From an uncultured Fibrobacterales bacterium (GTDB lineage: Bacteria > Fibrobacterota > Fibrobacteria > Fibrobacterales > CAWVXU01), in the NCBI GenBank assembly GCA_963934255.1, contig CAWVXU010000054.1, positions 1 to 18,919 on the forward strand: DNA of 18,919 nucleotides, given 5' to 3'. Positions 8,118 to 16,403 of the stretch are shown one piece after another. Both the position numbers and the translations under genes were made by a program. Each line of letters starts with the position of its first letter. Position 1 is the stretch's first letter. The notes beneath the pieces are model-generated. The model did not search any database. It saw only the letters and a list, made by a program, of their open reading frames with translations, and was not told where the DNA came from.

Positions 8118-8731
8118 TATTTACCACCCTTCATGAGAAATAGTCGATTGGCAGCAGCAATGAAACCAATAAGGAAGAAAGCACCTGGAGCCAAAACCAT
8201 GAGTCCCATGTTAACATAACCAAGGTCGTAAAGAGCTTGCGGTACTATTGGTATTCCGAAGAACGACCCAGCACCTAAGATTTCACGAGCCGCAGCTACT
8301 ATTAGAAGTATGATACCGTATCCTGCTCCATTAGCAATGCCATCCCACATAGAAGCGAGTGGTTTATTGCCAAGAGCAAATGCTTCCGCACGGCCCATAA
8401 CGATACAGTTTGTAATTATTAAACCAACAAATACTGAAAGTTGCTTGGACATATCAAAAAGAAATGCTTTTAGAACTTGGTCAGCGATTGTCACTAGAGT
8501 TGCAATAACTGCAAGTTCAACAATCATACGAATCTTACCAGGAATAATATTTCGCATCGCAGAAATGGAGACATTTGAGAATGTAATCACCAAAGTAAGT
8601 GCAATAGCCATTGTTAGGCCTGCTTTTACTTGAGTTGTTACGGCAAGCGCTGAACAGATACCCAAAACTTGAGCAAGTACAGGGTTGTTATCAAGGACGT
8701 TATCCTTGAGAATATCTTTAACTGCAGCCAT
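8117..8731 (-). CDS. nqrD: Na+-NQR subunit D
   Basis: NNPVLAQVLGICSALAVT and KQLSVFVGLIITNCIVMGRAEAFA motifs; 1-nt TAATG overlaps with both neighbours. Confidence 0.97.
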   Translation of the reverse strand: MAAVKDILKDNVLDNNPVLAQVLGICSALAVTTQVKAGLTMAIALTLVITFSNVSISAMRNIIPGKIRMIVELAVIATLVTIADQVLKAFLFDMSKQLSVFVGLIITNCIVMGRAEAFALGNKPLASMWDGIANGAGYGIILLIVAAAREILGAGSFFGIPIVPQALYDLGYVNMGLMVLAPGAFFLIGFIAAANRLFLMKGGK

Positions 8732-9474
8732 TATTTACCCCCACGAATTGTGTTGAAGTATTTGTTATAAAATCCAAGGTCTTTTTGTAAAAGAGTGTTG
8801 ACGCCATTGGCTGTTATTGTTGCTCCGGAGATACCATCAACTTCATGGGCTTCCATTGCGCCACCCTTCACTACTTTGCCCTTAACTACTTGAACTGGAG
8901 TAAGATCACCTGTTTTATTTAGGATTTTTTTACCAGTAAAGTTGTTCTGAAACCAGTCAGCTGAAATCTCAGCTCCCAGACCAGGTGTTTCACCATGAGC
9001 ATAAAATGTGAGACCTTTAACAGTGTTGAGGTCTTTAGCAAGGGCGATAAAACCATAGAGAGTAGACCAAAGCCCTTTACCCTTGATAGGCATACAATAA
9101 GCTTGAATCTTACCGTTCACTTGATGAAGGTATAATGGACGAAAGCCGTCTATCTTTTCTTTATCTGTAAGCTTGTCAGCTTTTTTGGCAGAGTCGATTT
9201 TACTGTTTTTATTAAGAACAATAGACTTGACGTTTTCGGCATAGAGTTTTTCAATTTCTAGACCGGTTACAGACGAGTAGAAATCGCCAAGTTTAGAGGC
9301 CGTTGGGTCCTCAAGTGATGAAATCTTAAGTGCTTTAAGAATATTTTTCTTCACATCAACTTCAATGTTTTTTTCTTGCATAGGTCGTAAACCGAAAGCA
9401 AGACCAGAAAGAATCATAGAGACAATAAGACACATTGTTAGTGCGAATATGATCGCTTTAGCATTTTTACCCAC
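8731..9474 (-). CDS. nqrC: Na+-NQR subunit C
   Basis: N-terminal TM segment, GKGLWSTLYG, HGETPGLGAEI and the FMN-attachment motif VDGISGATIT. GTG start after AGGAGG. Confidence 0.97.
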   Translation of the reverse strand: MGKNAKAIIFALTMCLIVSMILSGLAFGLRPMQEKNIEVDVKKNILKALKISSLEDPTASKLGDFYSSVTGLEIEKLYAENVKSIVLNKNSKIDSAKKADKLTDKEKIDGFRPLYLHQVNGKIQAYCMPIKGKGLWSTLYGFIALAKDLNTVKGLTFYAHGETPGLGAEISADWFQNNFTGKKILNKTGDLTPVQVVKGKVVKGGAMEAHEVDGISGATITANGVNTLLQKDLGFYNKYFNTIRGGK

Positions 9475-10690
9475 GAGATAACCTCCTTTTGATGTTTCCT
9501 TTGATCACATAATGGTCGAAGAAAGGAGCGAACATGTTCATAAACAGAATAGCAAGCATCATGCCTTCAGGGTAGGCTGGGTTAACGCATCGAATCAAAA
9601 CTGCAAGCGCACCAATAAGGAAACCATACCAGATTCGTCCTGTTGCAGTCGCTGCTCCGGAAACTGGATCAGTTGCCATAAAAACTGTACCAAATGCAAA
9701 GCTACCCATGACTAAATGGTAATGTGCTGGTAAGTGGAATATTGCAAGTGAGGTATCAGATGCAAACATGTTGAAGATGAATCCCATCATCAGTCCACCT
9801 ACAACAGTAGATATCATAATTCGAAGTGATCCGACTCCAGTGAAAATCAGTATAGCTGCACCGATAAGGATGACTAAAGTGGATGTTTCACCAGCAGAGC
9901 CAGGGATAAGTCCAAGGAACATATCTAAAAAGCCAAAGCCTTTATTTTCTAGATGACCTACGATGCCGTAACCCATTTCGCGAGGCAGTGAAGTTGCTTC
10001 AAGAAGCGCGGTCGAGCCTGAGTAGCCATCAATTAATTTATCTTTTGAAACATCAACTGCTCTCCATACTTGGTCACCAGAAATTGCGGTAGGATAAGAA
10101 AAGAACATGAATGCTCGAGCTGTTAGGGCAGGGTTTAGAAAATTCATTCCCGTACCACCAAAAAGTTCTTTACCTACAATTACTCCAAACGCCGTCGATA
10201 CTGCAATCATCCAGAGTGGAGCATCAGGTGGCATAGTCAGAGGAATTAACATACCAGAAACTAAGAAGCCTTCGTTGACATCATGATCTCGAACACAAGC
10301 AAAAACCATCTCGATCGTAAGACCAACAGCATAAGTGACAATCACCATAGGCAGTACGTGGAAAGCACCATGAATCATATAATTGATAGTATTAGGTTCA
10401 ATTGAGCCTAGAAGAAAACCACCGGTCTCCTTCAGTGAGTTGAGTTTTTGATATCCAGTGTTGTAGATTGCGAAAATCAAACAGGGGATAAGAGCCACAA
10501 TCACAGTTGACATCATACGCTTAGTGTCTAAACCATCACGTACATGTACAGATGATTGAGAGTTTTTAAGCGGAGTACGCACAAATGTATCATTAGCTTC
10601 AATAGCACGATGAAGTGCCTTGAGGGGAGCAAATTTATGAGATGCTTCCATAATCGCGTCCAAAGGACCTTTTGACATATTTTTTAACAT
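9467..10690 (-). CDS. nqrB: Na+-NQR subunit B
   Basis: HVRDGLDTKRMM, VNEGFLV, KELFGGTGMNFLNPAL, PGSAGETS, FMATDPVS and NPAYPEGMMLAIL motifs. Confidence 0.97.
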   Translation of the reverse strand: MLKNMSKGPLDAIMEASHKFAPLKALHRAIEANDTFVRTPLKNSQSSVHVRDGLDTKRMMSTVIVALIPCLIFAIYNTGYQKLNSLKETGGFLLGSIEPNTINYMIHGAFHVLPMVIVTYAVGLTIEMVFACVRDHDVNEGFLVSGMLIPLTMPPDAPLWMIAVSTAFGVIVGKELFGGTGMNFLNPALTARAFMFFSYPTAISGDQVWRAVDVSKDKLIDGYSGSTALLEATSLPREMGYGIVGHLENKGFGFLDMFLGLIPGSAGETSTLVILIGAAILIFTGVGSLRIMISTVVGGLMMGFIFNMFASDTSLAIFHLPAHYHLVMGSFAFGTVFMATDPVSGAATATGRIWYGFLIGALAVLIRCVNPAYPEGMMLAILFMNMFAPFFDHYVIKGNIKRRLSRG

Positions 10691-12049
10691 TTATCCCTCT
10701 TTCTCCACAATTGCAAGTCCGCGACGGATGATTTCGGAGACCTCAGTTTTGGAAGGACAAGCGAAAGTAGCAAGTGCTACGTCTTCAGGATCTAATTCTA
10801 GAATCCCAAGTTTCTCCATAGCATCAACATCTTCTGCAAGACATGCTTTTACTAAGAAAGTAAAAGGAATATCTATCGGTGAGAATCTGTCATACACATC
10901 AGGAAGTACAATAGCACGGCCTTCGCCATTTAAACTTGTGTCAAAATCCCAACCTTCTTTATCAATGATTTTGGATAAGAAAAGACGGAAAGTTGAGTAA
11001 CGGTTGACTCCCGCACCAGCCCAGTGACGATCTTCACCCAAATAGTGTTGTTCGGTCGCTTCGGGTAGTACTGAAATTTGATTGTGGTAAAGTCCGAGGT
11101 GGTCGCTGGCGGATTTGGTATCGCCAGAAAGAACATCGCCGCTGACAACACGAAGTGCAGCATGATCAACCTTGACAATAGATGCCACGTCCGATCCACG
11201 GTTAACTTTAACATAATGATTTATAGGTGCCTGCTCGCCTGTTACCGCAATAATTTGGTGAGTAGGAGCTCTACCTGTTAAAAGGAATTCTCCAATAAGA
11301 GCCACTTGATCTGCTTTGAGATACCAAACAACATCGCCTTTGCTAATAGGGTCAACGAGGTCAATATGAGTACCAGTAAGACCTGACGGGTGTGGGCCAG
11401 TGACTGAGTGCTTTTCAACACCGGTTGCTTCAACAAGAGCTGGCGATATTGTGCCTTCTTGAGTGAAGAGGTTCACATTTCCTTCAGTGAATTTTGCAAG
11501 TGCTGCAAGTCCTAATGAAAATTCTTCTTTGCGGCCTTCGAGTAGAAATTCTTGGTCTGAATTATTCGGACCAGAGTTCATGGCATTAATGAAAATGCTC
11601 TTGGGAAGGTCTGCTAGTACAGCTAGGTTTGAGAATGGGCGCTGGCGGATTAAAGTCCACATACCTGATTCTCTTAGTGCTGTAGCCAGCGCAGCCATAT
11701 CGGCTGATTTAATTTTTTCTTCGTCCCAGGTCGGATGTTCAACCGCGTTGTCAGTATCAGATACTTCGATAACAATGCTAAGAAGTACTCGTCTAGCACC
11801 TCGATTGATAGCCTTTACTTTACCGGCAGCCGTGGATGTAAAATTCAGGTCTTTTTCAGATTTGCAATGTGCAATAGCTTGTCCAGCTTTTACTACATCA
11901 CCTTCCTTCACAAGAACGCGGTATTTACGACCAGGGAAATCGACAAAATTAACGGCAACGGTCTGACTCTGGGGTAACTCTTCAAGCTTTAATTTGGCTG
12001 AACCTGCAATTGGCAGATTATGACCTTTTTCGATTTGATATACGCCCAA
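10691..12049 (-). CDS. nqrA: Na+-NQR subunit A
   Basis: KGHNLPIAG, VKEGDVVKAGQ, INRGARRVLLSIVI, IRQRPF, GPHPSG and LGILELDPEDVALATFACPSK motifs. TTG start with AAAGGA upstream. Confidence 0.97.
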   Translation of the reverse strand: MGVYQIEKGHNLPIAGSAKLKLEELPQSQTVAVNFVDFPGRKYRVLVKEGDVVKAGQAIAHCKSEKDLNFTSTAAGKVKAINRGARRVLLSIVIEVSDTDNAVEHPTWDEEKIKSADMAALATALRESGMWTLIRQRPFSNLAVLADLPKSIFINAMNSGPNNSDQEFLLEGRKEEFSLGLAALAKFTEGNVNLFTQEGTISPALVEATGVEKHSVTGPHPSGLTGTHIDLVDPISKGDVVWYLKADQVALIGEFLLTGRAPTHQIIAVTGEQAPINHYVKVNRGSDVASIVKVDHAALRVVSGDVLSGDTKSASDHLGLYHNQISVLPEATEQHYLGEDRHWAGAGVNRYSTFRLFLSKIIDKEGWDFDTSLNGEGRAIVLPDVYDRFSPIDIPFTFLVKACLAEDVDAMEKLGILELDPEDVALATFACPSKTEVSEIIRRGLAIVEKEG

Positions 12050-12277
12050 TTTCGTGTTCCTTTGATTTAGTCTACACTAGTGTTGCTAAAATGCTTCCAA
12101 AAAGTAGATTTTGTGAAGGGCTTTTAGTAGTGTAAACGTTTGATAAATTGATGAAATATGAACGTATTTCTCAAAAAGTGAGTGAAAAAGAAAGATTTCA
12201 TCTGTTTTGTATGCAATTGGGTCGTTAAATTTGGCTTTTTGTTTGTCATTTTTAAATATGATAAAAGGGTTATGAGA

Positions 12278-12325
12278 TGATTTAAAAGTGATTAAACGGT
12301 GATTCTGAAATGATTTTAATTGAAA
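12278..12325. repeat. Phased imperfect direct repeats (TGATT every 11 bp) upstream of nqrA
   Basis: TGATT starts at 12278, 12289, 12300 and 12311, followed by TGAAA at 12321. Confidence 0.5.
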
Positions 12326-12346
12326 TATAACGTTGGTATTAAGAAA

Positions 12347-13231
12347 TTAATCTCTAGGCCAAGGTTTAAATTCACCGATGAATATTTGCTCTTTTTCAAG
12401 GGTGATGTTGCAGTCTATATAAACCGCACGCTTGACCTCTTCAGACAAATCATAAATGTCTTGAGCACTAGCTTTGTCTTGATTGATGACAAAGTTAGCG
12501 TGTTTAGGTGAAATTTGGGCACCACCTAACTGAAATCCTTTGAGGCCCGCATTTTCGATGAGAAGTCCTGCATATGTGCCTGGTGGTCTTTTGTACATGG
12601 ATCCTGCATTAGGGTACTCTAATGGTTGTTTGGATTTGCGTTTTAGTAAGGTTGATTTATATTCGGCTTCGATATCTGGCTGTGGTCGAGGTTCAAGTTG
12701 AAGCCATGCTTTTGTGATGATTTCATCAAAATCAAAGAAATTGGAATGACGATAAGAGAATCCACACTCTTCATTGGTGCGAATTTTGATTTCACCTTCT
12801 TGGGTGAGTGACTCAACTTTGAGAATGGTTTGTTTGAGCTCTTGATCAAAAGCTCCGGCATTGATGAAAACGCCGCCTCCCATAGTGCCTGGAATACCGC
12901 AAAGGTGTTGAATACCAGAAAGTCCAGCTTTGACACTTTGAGAAACTGCTGCCTGTAGAAGTGCTCCGGCTTGTACTTCCATAATATGGGATGTGATGGA
13001 AATGTTTTTCATACTTCTACCTAGGTAGATAATCAGGCCATTGAAGCCTTGATCTGAAACCACAAGATTGGAACCTTTGCCTATGATGTAATACTCAAGA
13101 GCTTGATCTTTGGCCCAGGTGATTGCATTTTTAATTTCTATGGCATTTTGAGGTTCCACGAAAAACTTGGCAAGCCCACCTACTTTATAGGTGGTATATT
13201 GAGATAGTGCAATGTTTTCTTGTATTTCCAT
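12347..13231 (-). CDS. murB: UDP-N-acetylenolpyruvoylglucosamine reductase
   Basis: TTYKVGGLA, GKGSNLVVSDQG, GIPGTMGGGVFINAGA, FSYRHS, QPLEYPNAGSMYKRP and ISPKHANFVIN motifs. Confidence 0.97.
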   Translation of the reverse strand: MEIQENIALSQYTTYKVGGLAKFFVEPQNAIEIKNAITWAKDQALEYYIIGKGSNLVVSDQGFNGLIIYLGRSMKNISITSHIMEVQAGALLQAAVSQSVKAGLSGIQHLCGIPGTMGGGVFINAGAFDQELKQTILKVESLTQEGEIKIRTNEECGFSYRHSNFFDFDEIITKAWLQLEPRPQPDIEAEYKSTLLKRKSKQPLEYPNAGSMYKRPPGTYAGLLIENAGLKGFQLGGAQISPKHANFVINQDKASAQDIYDLSEEVKRAVYIDCNITLEKEQIFIGEFKPWPRD

Positions 13232-13267
13232 TTATTAAATATAGAACAAAAAGGTGGGTGTGAAGAT

Positions 13268-13296
13268 TTGCACTCTGTTTTTTCAAAATGTATTAT
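13268..13296 (+). promoter_or_regulatory. Putative sigma70-type promoter for the primase-like gene
   Basis: TTGCAC (13268-13273), a 17-bp spacer and TATTAT (13291-13296), ending 8 nt before the ATG at 13305. Confidence 0.55.
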
Positions 13297-13304
13297 TAAT
13301 TATT

Positions 13305-14426
13305 ATGAAGTTGAGTAAAGAGCAAATAAACGAATTAAAGCAGAAAGTCTCTATCATAGAAGTGGCTGAGGCTCTAGGTATTTTGGTTAACCAAAACCGG
13401 GCTCGCTGTATTCGCCCTGAAGCTCATTCCCATGGAGACCGGACTCCATCAATGGGTTTTTCGCCTGACAAAAACACATTTACCTGCTGGGTTTGCTCGG
13501 ATGTGGGCGGGGATGTGATCGCTTTAATTCAGCAGTCTCAAGAATTGGGCTTTGTTGATGCTTTAAGATGGTTGAGTGAATTTTCTGGTGGGGTGACTAA
13601 CTTACCTTTAGGCAAGTTTAATCATCATGGGAATTTTTCTTCTGTTTCTATTTCGAATTCTCAATCAGTTTCGAAAATATCCAAAAGTAAATCATCGATC
13701 AAAAATTCGCCAGCAAAGCAAGCTCCGGGAACATTTATCCCACCCAAGGGAAGTGAAGCTTGGTTGAATCGTCGGGCTGTTTTAGTCCTGCATTTTCTTA
13801 GACTTTGCGCTCCTGTTGATGCTGAGGCTAGGTCATATCTCAACAAGAGGAAAATTTTTCAAAAAACCATTGATGGCCAGGGGCTGAGATGGGTGAAGGA
13901 TTATCAAAAAGTTTCTCAGCAAATGAAGCTTCAATTCACTATGCAAGAATTGCAGGAATTTGGATTTTTTAATGACAATTGTCACCTAAGGTATTTTAAA
14001 CATTCTCTTATTTTACCGTATTTAGAGATGAATGGTAGGCCGGTTTATTTTCAGGCTCGAGCTATTGATTATGAGACTTCACCTAAAGAATTAAATCTAA
14101 AAGGTCCCATCCCTACAGTCTATAATCGCCGTATTTTAGACCTTTTACCTGGTGTGATTTACCTCTGTGAAGGGGTGATTGACACTTTAACTTTGATTGA
14201 AAAAGGGTTTGATGCGGTAGGTGTGCCGGGGGTCAAGAGCTTTAGGGATTCTTGGATACCGATGTTCTATAACAAAAAGGTTTATTTGGCTTTTGATAAT
14301 GATGCCGCAGGTCGGGTGGCTGCTAAAGAAATTATCGATCTACTTAAATTAAATAATGTCTACGCTTCACAAGTCGAGCTCCCTGAGGGTATGGATATAA
14401 ATAGTTGGTTTAGCGGCCGTAAATAG
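13305..14426 (+). CDS. DnaG-like primase-family protein (CHC2 zinc finger + TOPRIM), lacking the C-terminal helicase-binding domain
   Basis: Zinc-binding C-x5-H...DRTPS...CWVC, GGDVI and FVDALRWL; TOPRIM motifs YLCEGVIDTLTL, AVGVPG, YLAFDNDAAG and LPEGMDIN, followed almost at once by the stop. ATG 13305 (MKLSKEQINELK) is preferred to GTG 13254. Confidence 0.85.
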   Translation: MKLSKEQINELKQKVSIIEVAEALGILVNQNRARCIRPEAHSHGDRTPSMGFSPDKNTFTCWVCSDVGGDVIALIQQSQELGFVDALRWLSEFSGGVTNLPLGKFNHHGNFSSVSISNSQSVSKISKSKSSIKNSPAKQAPGTFIPPKGSEAWLNRRAVLVLHFLRLCAPVDAEARSYLNKRKIFQKTIDGQGLRWVKDYQKVSQQMKLQFTMQELQEFGFFNDNCHLRYFKHSLILPYLEMNGRPVYFQARAIDYETSPKELNLKGPIPTVYNRRILDLLPGVIYLCEGVIDTLTLIEKGFDAVGVPGVKSFRDSWIPMFYNKKVYLAFDNDAAGRVAAKEIIDLLKLNNVYASQVELPEGMDINSWFSGRK

Positions 14427-14445
14427 ATTCCTTAAAATTGAGCAG

Positions 14446-15336
14446 TTATAATTTTCGTTTTTCTCTCGGGTGAAATAGTCGATGCTCTTCCATGAATTGA
14501 TTCATTTGAAGATGAGTATAGCGTTGAGTTGTTGTGATATCTGAATGACCTAATAACATTTGTAAAACTCTGAGATCCATACCGCCTTCAATTAGGTGGG
14601 TTGCAAAACTGTGCCTCAGAGTATGGGGAGAAATGGGGAAGCCACAATGAGCACTATACCTTTGAATGATTTTCCAAGCTCCCATGCGACTCAGTTTTTT
14701 TCCTCTTAAATTCAAAAGTAGCTCGGGCGAAATGACATCAAGAGTTCGGCGCTCATTTTGAATATAATTTTCAATAGTATCTAGAGCCTGCTCACCCATG
14801 GGTACCATGCGTTCTTTACGGCCTTTACCTCTCACTAAGATCCAACTATCTTCCATGTGGATGTCTTCAATCCTTAGATTGAGGGCTTCAGAAATTCGCA
14901 GGCCAGCACTGTATAATAGTTCAATCAGAGTGTAATCTCGGTTGGCTCCTTTTTTGGTCAAATCAATAGAGTCAAATAGTTCATTCATCTGGTTTTGAGT
15001 CAAGACTTTAGGAAGATACTGTCCGAGCTTGGGTCCTGAAATCTGTTGGCAAGGGTCCTGGTTGATGATGTCTTTTTGGTGTAGGAATTTAAAAAAGCTT
15101 TTGAGAGAGGATAAATTTCTTGCAATGGAGCTAGGATTTTTCTCATCTTCACCTTGGAAATAAATCCAGGATTCAATATGATCTTGGGTTGTGAGGTTCA
15201 AAGGGCTAGGTTGGTGCTCAGCTGCCCAAAACATGAATTGATCTAAATCACCCAAGTAGGCCTTGAGCGTTTCTTTCGTGAGATTTCTCTCTAAGCTCAG
15301 ATGTCTTTTCCAAGCTTCAATCCATTGTACTTCCAT
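14446..15336 (-). CDS. xerD: Site-specific tyrosine recombinase XerD
   Basis: SAM-like N-terminal domain (T..AY..DL, SIARNLSSLKSFFKFL), LPKVL, ELLYSAGLRISE, VRGKGRKERMVP, SPHTLRHSFATHL, DLRVLQMLLGHSDITTTQRYTH and C-terminal HPR. All catalytic R-K-H-R-H-Y residues are present. XerD versus XerC is assigned by resemblance. Confidence 0.85.
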   Translation of the reverse strand: MEVQWIEAWKRHLSLERNLTKETLKAYLGDLDQFMFWAAEHQPSPLNLTTQDHIESWIYFQGEDEKNPSSIARNLSSLKSFFKFLHQKDIINQDPCQQISGPKLGQYLPKVLTQNQMNELFDSIDLTKKGANRDYTLIELLYSAGLRISEALNLRIEDIHMEDSWILVRGKGRKERMVPMGEQALDTIENYIQNERRTLDVISPELLLNLRGKKLSRMGAWKIIQRYSAHCGFPISPHTLRHSFATHLIEGGMDLRVLQMLLGHSDITTTQRYTHLQMNQFMEEHRLFHPREKRKL

Positions 15337-15384
15337 TTCTTAATATTAACTAAATTGCTGTCATATTGTCATTTGGAGTATCTC

Positions 15385-16350
15385 ATGGATTATCTATTGT
15401 TGGTCGTTGGTTTTGTCATCTTAGTCAAAGGTGCGGATTATTTGGTAGAAGGCGCGGGCTCGATTGCCAAGTCTTTTAATATATCTGACCTCATGATCGG
15501 GATGACTGTAGTGGCTTTGGGTACTTCGGCACCTGAACTTGTGGTGAATTTAATTGCGAGTTTTAATGGTTCTCAAGAAATGGCTGTGGGTAATGTCCTA
15601 GGGTCTAATACTGCTAATGTGTTACTTGCTTTAGGAATTGCCGCTGCGATTACGACATTGCATGTGAGTCCGTCGATGAAAAAGTTTGAAATGCCTTTTA
15701 GTCTCATGGTCTTACCGATTATGCTTGCTATGGTGATCTTGACTCCCTCTTCTGTTGAGGGAGGTGGTTGGGTTTTAGAGCGCTGGCACGGTGCTTTGAT
15801 GATTGTGATTTTTATCATCTTTATGTTTTTGTCTTACAAGCGTTCCAAATCGGGTGAAGGTGAAGCTTTATCAGATGAAGATATACCTGAATTAATTCCA
15901 CTACCCAAAGCAATATTGTTTATTGTCGGGGGGCTTGTGGGACTTGGCTTTGGCGGTCATTGGATAGTCACTTCGGCGATGGGTATTGCTACTTCATTTG
16001 GAATGTCTGAAGCCTTGATTGGTTTGACTATTGTCGCAGTAGGTACATCTCTACCTGAAGTTGCTGCTTCAATTGCTGCGGCTCGCAAAGGTAATGCGGA
16101 CATGGCGGTGGGTAATGTTGTCGGGTCAAATATTTTTAATGTACTTTGGGTACTGGGTTTGAGTTCGATGATTCGCCCAATTGTGGTCGATGACAAATTG
16201 ATGACAGACTTTTATGTGGCCATTGGAGCATCGGTTATTTTGATGATTTCGATCATTAGGCCCAAAAGAAATGAAATAGCACGGTCGGATGGATTTGTCT
16301 ATCTAGGAATCTACGCTGCTTATATCGTGTACTTGGTGATACGAGGTTAA
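15385..16350 (+). CDS. Calcium/sodium antiporter (CaCA family, YrbG-like)
   Basis: Two alpha-repeats, GMTVVALGTSAPE...GNVLGSN and GLTIVAVGTSLPE...GNVVGSNIFN. ATG 15385 follows GGAG and avoids overlap with xerD. Confidence 0.93.
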   Translation: MDYLLLVVGFVILVKGADYLVEGAGSIAKSFNISDLMIGMTVVALGTSAPELVVNLIASFNGSQEMAVGNVLGSNTANVLLALGIAAAITTLHVSPSMKKFEMPFSLMVLPIMLAMVILTPSSVEGGGWVLERWHGALMIVIFIIFMFLSYKRSKSGEGEALSDEDIPELIPLPKAILFIVGGLVGLGFGGHWIVTSAMGIATSFGMSEALIGLTIVAVGTSLPEVAASIAAARKGNADMAVGNVVGSNIFNVLWVLGLSSMIRPIVVDDKLMTDFYVAIGASVILMISIIRPKRNEIARSDGFVYLGIYAAYIVYLVIRG

Positions 16351-16403
16351 AAAGCAATCTATTACCAGAGTACAACAAAAAAAGCAATCTGTTACCAGAG
16401 TGC
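16349..16403 (-). terminator. Tandemly duplicated (30-bp period) hairpin + U-tract terminator
   Basis: AAAAAGCAATCT[A/G]TTACCAGAGT[A/G]C occurs at 16349-16373 and 16379-16403. On the minus strand each copy reads as a hairpin with a GUAA loop followed by U7 or U5. Confidence 0.65.

Noticed and set aside
7500..12049. Rnf complex rather than Na+-NQR
   Set aside because: The A-B-C-D-E-F order, the NqrF FAD/NAD subunit and an NqrA without 4Fe-4S ferredoxin motifs identify Nqr.
12111..12128. Rex-like operator TTGTGAA upstream of nqrA
   Set aside because: Only the left half-site matches; the right half (TTTTAGT) matches TTCACAA at just 2 of 7 positions.
13305..15336. Prophage, ICE or phage satellite call based on primase plus tyrosine recombinase
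   Set aside because: I saw no att repeats, tRNA target, excisionase, helicase or structural genes. The recombinase looks like chromosomal XerD and the flanks are housekeeping genes.
15358..15372. Pho box-like CTGTCAT-A-TTGTCAT upstream of the antiporter
   Set aside because: The repeat period is 8 bp rather than the 11 bp of a Pho box, and one copy doubles as the putative xerD -35.
14427..15384. dif site near xerD
   Set aside because: Neither flanking intergenic region matches the dif pattern with a TTATGTTAAAT XerD arm.
15301..15384. Longer N-terminus for the antiporter (start 15301), and likewise start 13254 for the primase-like gene
   Set aside because: 15301 overlaps the divergent xerD start and lacks an RBS, whereas 15385 has GGAG. 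13254 lies upstream of the predicted promoter of its own gene.
16349..16403. Mini-CRISPR from two 25-bp direct repeats
   Set aside because: There are only two copies with a 5-bp spacer, one overlaps a coding 3' end, and no cas genes are present.
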